In this document: positions 17,388 to 25,585 of the stretch, in pieces | Layout of the letters: each line of letters begins with the position of its first letter | How positions within the stretch are numbered: the first letter of the stretch is position 1 | DNA from: Bacillota bacterium | GTDB taxonomy: Bacteria; Bacillota; Clostridia; Peptostreptococcales; Anaerovoracaceae | NCBI GenBank assembly: GCA_017515765.1 | Contig: JAFWFF010000032.1 | Location: 1-33,846, forward strand | Reading direction: 5' to 3' | Length of the DNA: 33,846 nt | Notes under the pieces: generated by a model | Databases searched by the model: none | Told to the model about the DNA's origin: nothing | Seen by the model: the letters and a program-made list of their open reading frames with translations, nothing else | Position numbers and translations under genes: made by a program

Positions 17388-18580
17388 ACGATCCTCCTGA
17401 TCTTTTCCCTGAGATCGTTCTCCAGTTTTCTCCCGGTCGCTTCGAGCTTTCCTTCGCCGTTCATCTCAAAAAGCCTGTTGATCCGGTATCTTCCTTCTTC
17501 GATCCCAGCTATCTCGTCTATGCTCACAACACGCCTTCTTCCGTCCGGAAGCCTGACCAGCTGTACCATCAGGTCTATAGCTTCGGAGATCTGCGCCCGG
17601 ATCGCGTCTATCGGGACGTCCGCACCCTGCAGATACATCGCCTCCAGCCTCCTGAGCATCCCCGAGCTGCTGTTCCCGTGTCCGGTGCTCATGCCCGAAT
17701 GGCCGGTGTTCAGCGCCTGCAGCATGTCGCGGACTTCTTCGCCCCTAACCTCCCCGACGATTATCCTGTCAGGACGCATGCGCAAGCTCGCTTTGATCAG
17801 CATTCCCATGGTGACGGTCCCCCTGCCTGTCGAATTCGCGTTCCTGCATTCCAGCCTGACCAGGTCGCTTATGACATCCATCTGGAGCTCAGCGGAATCC
17901 TCTATGGTTATCACCCTCTCAGCAGGCGGTATATAGTCCGCCAGAGCGTTCAGGAACGTCGTTTTGCCGGTCGACGTGCCGCCGCTCACGAAGATGTTGT
18001 ATCCGCACTCGACATAGTTCTTCAGTGCGGCTGCGCATTCCTCAGTGAGGCTGCCCGACCTGACCATATCATCCATCGTTATCCTGTTTCTGCGGAACTT
18101 CCTGACAGTCAGGACAGGCCCTCCGATCGCCACGTTTTTCAGCACAGCGTGGACTCTCGATCCGTCCGGGAGCCTCGCGTCCAGTATCGGTTCCAGGTCG
18201 TTTATCTCGCGGTGGACGGACGAAGCGATACGCCTTATCACGCCTTCCAGTTCTTCCGCGCTGTCAAAGCTCTCGCAGGTCTTCACGAGCCTGTCTCCTA
18301 TCTCCACGAACACGGAGTCCGGACCGTTCACCATGATCTCGTTTATGCGGTCGTTCTCCAATAGTCCGGAGAGTATGCCGAGGCTTCCCCTGAGCCTTCC
18401 GTACACCCTCTTCACGACCTCGCCTATCTCCCCGGCAGACAGTTCTTCAAGCGTATCCAGAGCGCATTCTTCTATGATCTCCAGCGCTTTCTCATCGCTG
18501 TCCGTGCCTGAGGCAAGGATCCGTTCCGACGCCGCCCGCGACACCAGTTCAGCCGCGCGGTCCCGCTTTTCCTTCTCCAC
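17384..18580 (-). CDS. cpaF: CpaF/TadA pilus assembly ATPase
   Basis: EIMVNG, DARLPDGSRV, Walker A GGTSTGKTT, IEDSAEL, LRMRPDRIIVGEVRG, NTGH. Confidence 0.93.
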   Translation of the reverse strand: MEKEKRDRAAELVSRAASERILASGTDSDEKALEIIEECALDTLEELSAGEIGEVVKRVYGRLRGSLGILSGLLENDRINEIMVNGPDSVFVEIGDRLVKTCESFDSAEELEGVIRRIASSVHREINDLEPILDARLPDGSRVHAVLKNVAIGGPVLTVRKFRRNRITMDDMVRSGSLTEECAAALKNYVECGYNIFVSGGTSTGKTTFLNALADYIPPAERVITIEDSAELQMDVISDLVRLECRNANSTGRGTVTMGMLIKASLRMRPDRIIVGEVRGEEVRDMLQALNTGHSGMSTGHGNSSSGMLRRLEAMYLQGADVPIDAIRAQISEAIDLMVQLVRLPDGRRRVVSIDEIAGIEEGRYRINRLFEMNGEGKLEATGRKLENDLREKIRRIV

Positions 18581-19562
18581 TCCCGATCTCCAAAAGCCTT
18601 ATCACTCTTCTGACCTTCTCGCAATACGGAGCAGGCGGGTCGGTCCCGTTCATCTCACCCATGTCAGCTATGCGGACGGCGCCTGTTTCAGGCCTTGCCG
18701 CTCCTCCCTTAACACCGGGCTTTGCGCTGCTGTCCGGCTTGCAGAAGTTTTCGACGTATACCGCCTTCCCACTCGCGGAAGCCCTGACCGGCATTCCGCC
18801 TTCTCTGCGTACGGAGACCGCTTTTCCGCACATTTCAAGTATCTGCACACGATCCCTTTCCAGATGGTTCCCTATATCGAGGAGGACGCATCCGAAGCCG
18901 CTTGCGCGCGCGGATATCCTCAGCTTTCCCAACAGTTCCGGCGAAAGGCTCCCCGACTCCGGATTGATCCCGAAGCTCTCAGTCACGAACACTCCGCGCT
19001 CTTCCGCGCAAAGCTGCCTCAGATCCGGTATCCCGTCCGACATCAGCCTGTAAAACAGCCTTGTGGTAAGGTTTCTCCTGCCTTTTGCCTGCCCTGCCCC
19101 GTAAGGCGCGAGCGACAGGTAAAGGCATCTTATGCCCAGATCTCTGAAGGCCAGCCTTCCGGTGTTCTTCGCGAGTGTGGTGACGCCGGATCCTCCTGAA
19201 GAAGCTATGAAAGCTATGCATTCAGCTTCCGGTCCGGAACGCGGGACATCTGCGGAAGGCGGTTCTATCCCCGATATCTCCCTGATCCTCTCGGTAATGC
19301 TGCTTATGCGCTCTCCCTTTCTGAAAAAAGCGAGAGCTGTAGGTTTGCCGGTTCCCGAAGGGCCAAAGAGCACGGAGCCGCCCGCGGAATCGTTCAGAGA
19401 GAACACATTTTCTGCGCTCTCATCCGCGCCATTGCCTGAAAGCACCCGGATCCCGGAGTGTCCGGACATGATCACCCGCACTATTGCGTCGGAATAATCG
19501 GCGTCAGACAGGTTTACAAGAAGACCAATATTGCAATCCCTTTTCCTGTCCTGTATCTCCAT
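18549..19562 (-). CDS. TadZ/CpaE-like ParA/MinD-type pilus localisation protein
   Basis: Degenerate receiver-like N-terminus, deviant Walker A ASSGGSGVTT, LYLSL, LLDIG; first gene before cpaF. Confidence 0.65.
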   Translation of the reverse strand: MEIQDRKRDCNIGLLVNLSDADYSDAIVRVIMSGHSGIRVLSGNGADESAENVFSLNDSAGGSVLFGPSGTGKPTALAFFRKGERISSITERIREISGIEPPSADVPRSGPEAECIAFIASSGGSGVTTLAKNTGRLAFRDLGIRCLYLSLAPYGAGQAKGRRNLTTRLFYRLMSDGIPDLRQLCAEERGVFVTESFGINPESGSLSPELLGKLRISARASGFGCVLLDIGNHLERDRVQILEMCGKAVSVRREGGMPVRASASGKAVYVENFCKPDSSAKPGVKGGAARPETGAVRIADMGEMNGTDPPAPYCEKVRRVIRLLEIGSGEGKAGPRG

Positions 19563-19584
19563 CTCCTAACCTCCCGGCAAATGG

Positions 19585-19613
19585 ATACTACCACCTTCCC
19601 CATAGACCGTCAA
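19585..19613 (-). promoter_or_regulatory. putative sigma-A promoter of the Tad operon
   Basis: TTGACG (19613-19608), 17 bp spacer, extended -10 TGgTAGTAT (hexamer 19590-19585). Confidence 0.6.
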
Positions 19614-19651
19614 CCAGTATTTGCCAGTTATTTTTTCCCATATTTCCCGGC

Positions 19652-19684
19652 AAAAACCAAAAGCGCGGCGCCGTGCGCCGCGCT
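19652..19684 (-). terminator. Rho-independent terminator after the acyl-CoA ligase gene
   Basis: Perfect 10-bp stem AGCGCGGCGC-acg-GCGCCGCGCT followed by TTTGGTTTTT. Confidence 0.8.
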
Positions 19685-19716
19685 CCTTTGCCTGCAAATG
19701 CAAGCCTTTCACGCTT

Positions 19717-21471
19717 TTACAGCTCTATTCCCCTTTCAGCCAGTTCCTTCCGGATCTCTTCCATCTCGGCAGCACGCTTCGTCTTCCGGGTGGTGGTCTT
19801 GACGGTCGGCCTGTCTGACAGCAGATAGTGTTTTATCATCTTGTAGGCCGGCATCTCGGCATTGATCTTTTCCAGATCATCTTCGAACCTCTTCTCAAGC
19901 TCCTCCGCAGTGATCCCCTCTTCCCTGAGATACTCTTTGCTGTACACCGCTTTGACCCAGAGCACAAGGTCGTTCTGTTTCTCTCCGGTGAAGACCATGG
20001 ATTCGTCGATATACGGCAGCAGGTTCACCAGATTCTCTATCTCCTCGGGGAACACGTTCTTGCCGTTCTTCATGACTATCACGTTCTTCTTTCGCCCCGT
20101 GATCCAGAGATATCCGTCCTCGTCAAACCGCGCCAGGTCTCCCGTGTGGAACCATCCGTCCTTCAGGATTTCCGCCGTGGCCTCCGGGTCGTCATAATAG
20201 CCGAGCATCACGTTGTCGCCTTTGACCACCAGCTCGCCTATACCCTGCTCGTCCGGGTCCTCGATGCGCGCTTCCATATGCGGAAGGAGCCTGCCCACCG
20301 AACCTGGCCTGAGATATCTGTACGTCTCGCTGGCGATCGTGGGAGAGACTTCTGTGAGCCCGTAGCCCTGGACGGTCAGTATGCCCAGGTCGTTAAGCCC
20401 CTTTGATACGACCGGATCCAGCGCGGCAGCGCCGTTTATGAAGAATCTCAGCTTTCCGCCGAGCTGTTCGTGAATGGCTTTGAACAGCTTAGGACGCAGG
20501 TTTATGCCGAGCTTATCGGCCTTGTCGCAGACCGATACCGCCTTCTTTACAGTTTCGAGTTTGCCCTGCTTCTCGATGCCCTTCATGATCTTCTTATACA
20601 CGTTCTCCAGGAGGAGCGGAACGGTCATCATGCAGGTGACCCCGTACTCCTTCATATTGGCGACTATGTATTTGAGACCGTCGCAGAACACGCATTTCAG
20701 GCCCTGGGACACGAATACGAGGGTGCCTCCCATCCCGTAGATGTGGTGCAGCGGAAGTATCAGCATGCAGACGTCGTCCGGGAAGAACAGCTCCTCGCAG
20801 TTCATATAGTAGTTCACGCTCATCAGGTTCCGCTGCGAGAGCATGACTGCCTTGGACTTCTGGGTCGTCCCGGAAGTGAACAGCAGATAGCTCATCGCGT
20901 CGCGGTCTATCTCTACGCTCGTGAAACGGTCGTCGCCTTCTTCAAGAAGCTTTCTGCCTTCGTCCAGCAGGTCCAGGATGCTCACTCCGTCCTCCGGGAC
21001 GAAATCGAGCCCCACGACCAGCTTAAGGTCCCTGTCCTCCCTGGCAGCGATGGAACTGACCATCTTGCAGAACTTCCTGTCGCAGAAGATCAAAGTCGCT
21101 CCGCTCCTTTTGATCAGGCTGTCGAGCTCGTCCTCCGGAAGTGCCTTGTCGAGCGGGACCGCCACTCCGAGCCCGCATCCCGCTGTGAAGTAAGAGAGGA
21201 TCCAGCGGTAGCTTCCCTCTCCTATCATCGCGATCCTCGCTCCGCCGAAACCCCTGTTCCAGAGAGCCGTTCCGAGGCAGTTGACATCATCCAGCATCGC
21301 CCTGTAGCTCGTGTTCACATAACCGATCTTCTTTTCCTCATCCCTGACTTTGGTCACGAACGCTGTCTTGTCGCCGTATTTCGCGGCACAGTCCCTGAGC
21401 ATGTCCCTCAGATCCGTATATTCATGGAATTTTCTCTCCAGATGGTAGTTCTTTCTGTATCCGTTTTTCAT
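19717..21471 (-). CDS. long-chain fatty acid-CoA ligase (AMP-binding)
   Basis: LLFTSGTT..SK, LPLHH, QGYGLTE, WFHTGDL, GRKKN..GKNV.PEEIE. Confidence 0.9.
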   Translation of the reverse strand: MKNGYRKNYHLERKFHEYTDLRDMLRDCAAKYGDKTAFVTKVRDEEKKIGYVNTSYRAMLDDVNCLGTALWNRGFGGARIAMIGEGSYRWILSYFTAGCGLGVAVPLDKALPEDELDSLIKRSGATLIFCDRKFCKMVSSIAAREDRDLKLVVGLDFVPEDGVSILDLLDEGRKLLEEGDDRFTSVEIDRDAMSYLLFTSGTTQKSKAVMLSQRNLMSVNYYMNCEELFFPDDVCMLILPLHHIYGMGGTLVFVSQGLKCVFCDGLKYIVANMKEYGVTCMMTVPLLLENVYKKIMKGIEKQGKLETVKKAVSVCDKADKLGINLRPKLFKAIHEQLGGKLRFFINGAAALDPVVSKGLNDLGILTVQGYGLTEVSPTIASETYRYLRPGSVGRLLPHMEARIEDPDEQGIGELVVKGDNVMLGYYDDPEATAEILKDGWFHTGDLARFDEDGYLWITGRKKNVIVMKNGKNVFPEEIENLVNLLPYIDESMVFTGEKQNDLVLWVKAVYSKEYLREEGITAEELEKRFEDDLEKINAEMPAYKMIKHYLLSDRPTVKTTTRKTKRAAEMEEIRKELAERGIEL

Positions 21472-21517
21472 TTATGACTAGCCTTTCCGTGCTTTTTTGC
21501 AAAAACGTACTAGTCCG

Positions 21518-21546
21518 ATTATACCCGTCAAAATTGACTATCGCAA
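21518..21546 (-). promoter_or_regulatory. putative promoter of the acyl-CoA ligase gene
   Basis: TTGCGA (21546-21541), 17 bp spacer, TATAAT (21523-21518). Confidence 0.55.
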
Positions 21547-21562
21547 GCTGCTGTGTTAAAGT
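21534..21562 (+). promoter_or_regulatory. putative promoter of trpS
   Basis: TTGACT (21534-21539), 17 bp spacer, extended -10 TGtTAAAGT (hexamer 21557-21562). Confidence 0.55.
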
Positions 21563-21594
21563 ATACGTTAAGATCCTGAAACGGGGGAATTCAC

Positions 21595-22575
21595 ATGAAG
21601 AGAGTCTTTTCGGGCGTCCAGCCCACCGGAAACATCCATCTCGGCAACTATCTCGGAGCCCTGAAGCAGTTCGTCGAACTGCAGGAAGACTATGAATGCA
21701 TATACTGCATAGTCGATGAGCACGCGATCACCGTTCCCAAAGATCCAAAGGAGCTGAGATCAAGCATCCTCGACGTCGCGGCGCTCTATCTGGCCATCGG
21801 CGTCGACCCTGAAAAGTCCATAGTATTCGTTCAGTCCCAGGTCCCCGCTCACGCGGAGCTCGCGTGGATCCTCACCTGCAATTCATATACGGGCGAGCTC
21901 TTCCGCATGACCCAGTTCAAGGCAAAGAGCCAGAACAAAGAGTCCGCTCCCGCGGGCCTTCTGATGTACCCGGTCCTCATGGCTGCGGATATCCTTCTCT
22001 ACGATACCGACGTAGTGCCTGTAGGCGACGACCAGAAGCAGCATATCGAGCTCACCAGGGACCTTGCCATCCGCGTGAACAATACGCGCGAGAAGACGTT
22101 CGTGGTGCCCGAAGGCCGTTTCATGAAGGCCGGCGCGCGCGTGATGGCGCTCGACGACCCGACCCAGAAGATGAGCAAATCCGCTCCGAACGCGCACAGC
22201 AGGATCTCCCTTCTCGACGAGCCCTCCAAGATCAAAAAATCCATCATGAAGGCCACTACAGACTCTGAGGGAGTCATCAGGTTCGACCCCGTGAACAAGC
22301 CCGGTGTCAGCAATCTCCTGAGCATATACAGCGCGCTTTCCGGCGAGAGCGTCCCCGCCCTCGAAGCCCGTTACGAAGGCCAGGGCTACGGCGCTCTGAA
22401 GAAAGACCTCGTAGAGGTCACAGTCGCCGCCATGGAGCCGATCAAAGCCCGCTTCAACGAGATCAGGCAGTCGGACGAACTGATAAGCATCCTTAGGGAC
22501 GGTGCCGAAAGAGCAGGCGCGATCGCGGAAGTCACTATGAAGAGAGTGCGCGACGTGTTCGGCCTCGGACTTTAA
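21595..22575 (+). CDS. trpS: tryptophan--tRNA ligase
   Basis: SGVQPTG..HLGNY, YPVLMAADIL, VPVG.DQKQHIE, KMSKS. Confidence 0.97.
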   Translation: MKRVFSGVQPTGNIHLGNYLGALKQFVELQEDYECIYCIVDEHAITVPKDPKELRSSILDVAALYLAIGVDPEKSIVFVQSQVPAHAELAWILTCNSYTGELFRMTQFKAKSQNKESAPAGLLMYPVLMAADILLYDTDVVPVGDDQKQHIELTRDLAIRVNNTREKTFVVPEGRFMKAGARVMALDDPTQKMSKSAPNAHSRISLLDEPSKIKKSIMKATTDSEGVIRFDPVNKPGVSNLLSIYSALSGESVPALEARYEGQGYGALKKDLVEVTVAAMEPIKARFNEIRQSDELISILRDGAERAGAIAEVTMKRVRDVFGLGL

Positions 22576-22585
22576 GAGCCGTATC

Positions 22586-22619
22586 AAAAAGGGCTTCGCA
22601 GAATGCGAAGCCCTTTTTT
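22586..22619. terminator. bidirectional terminator between trpS and tldE
   Basis: AAAAAGGGCTTCGCA-gaa-TGCGAAGCCCTTTTTT between convergent genes. Confidence 0.9.
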
Positions 22620-22641
22620 GTATTCCCTTGACTGTCCGGTC

Positions 22642-23952
22642 CTAGTCCACTGTAGTGAAGCTCACTCCCTCGATCCTGGTGACCTCCGGGATGACCATAT
22701 TGTCATACTGCCTCTGTTCCGAGGAGAGATGCATCTTTCCTGCAAGTTCCCTGAGGCTTCCGGATACGGACCCTCCGGTAACCGGAATTGTCTTCTCTCC
22801 GTCGAAATAGTATCCGAGCCTTATCTCGCCCGCGATGTCTCCCGTCATCTCGTCGCACTGGAAATCCGAGAACTCGACGACTTCCAGATACGGCTCCTTC
22901 CTGAGCTCCGCGGCAGGCTTACGGCCTCCGTCCACGGTGAAGTTATAGACTATCGAAGAATCCTCAAGGCCGATATAGCTGCTGAACCTCCTGGAGCCCC
23001 AGAAGGTCTCCGGGACGCTGTTCTTCATGATGTATCTTTCGCTGATGAACGCGCCTTCTTCGTCGAAGGTGAAGTTTTTGGAGGAGCCCGGAAGGACCGG
23101 CACCGCTTTGACCGTTATGCCGTCGCCTTCCATGCTGCCGCAGATGGGCTTTCCGGTCTCCCAGTCGGTGATCTGCATGTATTTGTTCGCGGCGTTCATC
23201 CTGTAGCAGAAATACTCGTAGAGCTCGACTGCGTCCTGTGTGGACAGTATCAGCGCAGCGTTCCCGACGTCCGGGGTCGGCACCGCTTTGAGCCTGTCCT
23301 TTCCGAAGCGAAGCAGTTCCTCAACGTCTCTCGTGAGAGCCTCTCTGTCGCAGGTGCCTCTTTCATAGAGCCTGTAGAGCTCGATCTCGTGATCTCCCTC
23401 CGCAGCGTTGGTCACCACCTCGATCTGCGACATCGGATAGGACTGCGAGACGCTGATCCCGCGTGAGTTCACGAATTCCCTGTCCACCCTGTTGACAAAG
23501 ATCTCATAGGAGTTGAGGTACTCTGTCACGGTCTCCGGGATCCCCGCAAATGCCTCTATGTAATCCTTTGCCATGTCCCTGAGTCCCGGCGCGGCGGCTT
23601 CGGAAGGCGCGCCGCAGCCTTCGGGAACGTCCGCGGGCTCGTTAAGCCCGTAAGCGGGATTCTTCGCCAGCCCTGCCTGGTAGACCAGGTCGCGGGCGGT
23701 CTTCTCTATCTCTTCGTCCGAAGCGCCGTAAGGTATCTTTGCCTGCGCTATGCCTACAGCAGCCCCGTCATCGAGCTTTCTGAAGGCTTTTGCGGATACG
23801 GTGTGGACCGATTTGGCGCGGTCCTGGTCCAGCCTGTGGCGTATGAAGTAGAATTCCCTTCCCTCCACGTGTACAGACTCTATCTCGTAATCGTCGGCGC
23901 CTGCCTTCACCAGCGCGTCCGCTATGCGTCCGATCATTCTCTCTTCCATCAT
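22642..23952 (-). CDS. TldE/PmbA-like metallopeptidase partner subunit
   Basis: Follows tldD with an ATGA overlap; FDEEG, TGD..G, PVTGGSVSG; no HExxH motif. Confidence 0.8.
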   Translation of the reverse strand: MMEERMIGRIADALVKAGADDYEIESVHVEGREFYFIRHRLDQDRAKSVHTVSAKAFRKLDDGAAVGIAQAKIPYGASDEEIEKTARDLVYQAGLAKNPAYGLNEPADVPEGCGAPSEAAAPGLRDMAKDYIEAFAGIPETVTEYLNSYEIFVNRVDREFVNSRGISVSQSYPMSQIEVVTNAAEGDHEIELYRLYERGTCDREALTRDVEELLRFGKDRLKAVPTPDVGNAALILSTQDAVELYEYFCYRMNAANKYMQITDWETGKPICGSMEGDGITVKAVPVLPGSSKNFTFDEEGAFISERYIMKNSVPETFWGSRRFSSYIGLEDSSIVYNFTVDGGRKPAAELRKEPYLEVVEFSDFQCDEMTGDIAGEIRLGYYFDGEKTIPVTGGSVSGSLRELAGKMHLSSEQRQYDNMVIPEVTRIEGVSFTTVD

Positions 23953-25382
23953 CCCAGCCTCGCTTTCGCTTTGAGATAGGGGCCGCCGTCGGCGACTTTG
24001 ACCCACTCCTTATGACCCTTGCCGCATCCGCCGTTTCCGGACACCTTCCTGTCTCCGGAGGCCATCGAGATCGATCCGAGCAGATCCGGGACATAGCCGG
24101 TCATCACCACGGGGCTTATCATCCTGCCGGTGAGCTTTCCGCCCGCGATCTCGTAGCCGCGGCTCACGATGCACTGGATGCCCCAGTGTTTCGGGTCTTC
24201 CATGCCGCTCTCGACGCCGTCAAGGAGATAGCCGTGCTCTATCGAGGCGATCATGTCTTCGAGCTTGTCGCTTCCGGAATCAAAGACGGTATTGGTCATC
24301 CTGGTATAGACCTTATGCGCAAAATTCTCACGCTTCCCGTTTCCGGTCGGGACGGTCCCGAGCCTCTTGGCGGCGAGCGCGTCGCAGATGCCGGTCTTAA
24401 GTATGCCCTTGTCTATCTCGATGACGTCGCCCGCGAGAGTCCCCTCGTCATCAAAGGCGTAGGACGTAACGTTCACAGCGCAGTTCGCACCTTCGTGCAT
24501 GGTGACCAGGTCGGAACCCACGCGTTTTCCCACGTGCTGCTCGCCCAGCGCGCGCTTTTTGACGAACATGTCCATCTCGACTCCGTGGCCGAACGCTTCG
24601 TGTGCGATGAGCCCTGCGACGTCAGGCGTTACGATCACGTCGTAGAGGCCCGGCGCCACTCTCTCGGCGTCGAGCATCTCGACTGCGGTCTTCGCCACCT
24701 TCTCGGCGAGTTCAGGCATCTCCCTGAAGGCCTCAGGGCCGCAGAGCCCCGAAACGCCCTCATAGGCTATCTTATTGTCGCCCTCGCGCGCGGCCATGAC
24801 CGCAACGCTGCCCTCTGAATAGACGTAGCTCTGTTTCATGAGTCGGTTTTTGGTGATGAACATCTTGGAGATGTGGGTGCTCTGTCCTGCGGTGAAGCAT
24901 TCCACCACCTCGGGATATGCAGATACACCGCGGTCCGATATGGCCGTGAAGCTCTCTACCAGCTCCTTAAGGTCCATCTCCTCGGGAAGGAGCTCAGTAT
25001 CCTTCTCTACGAACAGTTCTATCGGCTCGTCGTCGAGCACGCCGGTCTCGTATACCTCGGTCCCGGTCTCTCTGATCAGGGAGAGCTGGTCGTCAAGCGC
25101 TTTCCTGACGCGGTCCGCGAGCTCAGCCGCAGACGCGCTGCCCGGGTCGTCAAAGGCGTACTCGCTGTAGAGTCCGTCCTTCCCGACCCTTATGACGGTG
25201 CCCCTTTCGGTGGTCATCGTCTCATTCGATACGGTCTTGTTCCTCTGGGATATCCTGAGGGCAAAACCTTTGGAGTCCGTGGACAGGGCGCTTACGTAAT
25301 CGTAGTCCGCGCCGAGTATTTCCACCAGCTCCTTGATCCGGGGGCAGAGCCCCTCGAGATAGGGTGAAAATGGTGCTTTCAT
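23949..25382 (-). CDS. tldD: TldD family metalloprotease
   Basis: HEAFGHGVE, FDDEG, TGNGKRE, RMTNT, C-terminal GGCGKG...GGP. Confidence 0.9.
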   Translation of the reverse strand: MKAPFSPYLEGLCPRIKELVEILGADYDYVSALSTDSKGFALRISQRNKTVSNETMTTERGTVIRVGKDGLYSEYAFDDPGSASAAELADRVRKALDDQLSLIRETGTEVYETGVLDDEPIELFVEKDTELLPEEMDLKELVESFTAISDRGVSAYPEVVECFTAGQSTHISKMFITKNRLMKQSYVYSEGSVAVMAAREGDNKIAYEGVSGLCGPEAFREMPELAEKVAKTAVEMLDAERVAPGLYDVIVTPDVAGLIAHEAFGHGVEMDMFVKKRALGEQHVGKRVGSDLVTMHEGANCAVNVTSYAFDDEGTLAGDVIEIDKGILKTGICDALAAKRLGTVPTGNGKRENFAHKVYTRMTNTVFDSGSDKLEDMIASIEHGYLLDGVESGMEDPKHWGIQCIVSRGYEIAGGKLTGRMISPVVMTGYVPDLLGSISMASGDRKVSGNGGCGKGHKEWVKVADGGPYLKAKARLG

Positions 25383-25414
25383 TTCTTCCTCCGTTTATTG
25401 CCGGATGTACGGTC

Positions 25415-25469
25415 AAACAAAAGGGACTACCGGCTAAGACATGCTTCTTAGACCAATGGTCCCTTTGTT
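25415..25469 (-). terminator. long hairpin / terminator downstream of tRNA-Arg
   Basis: AAAGGGACCATTGGTCTAAGA-agcatg-TCTTAGCCGGTAGTCCCTTT imperfect stem ending in TTTTGTTT. Confidence 0.6.
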
Positions 25470-25484
25470 CACGTGATGCCGAAA

Positions 25485-25560
25485 TGGTGCGCCCAGAGGG
25501 ATTCGAACCCTCGGCCTCCACATTCGGAGTGTGTTACTCTATCCCCTGAGCTATGGGCGC
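25485..25560 (-). tRNA. tRNA-Arg(CCG)
   Basis: GCGCCCATAGCTCAGGGGATAGAGTAACACACTCCGAATGTGGAGGCCGAGGGTTCGAATCCCTCTGGGCGCACCA; anticodon CCG, encoded CCA. Confidence 0.93.
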
Positions 25561-25585
25561 ACGCTTCAAATATAATACCACAGGA

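Noticed and set aside
19178-19207. Walker A lacking the catalytic Lys (ASSGGSGVTT) read as pseudogenisation
   Set aside because: Degenerate Walker A is normal for TadZ/CpaE proteins and the ORF is intact
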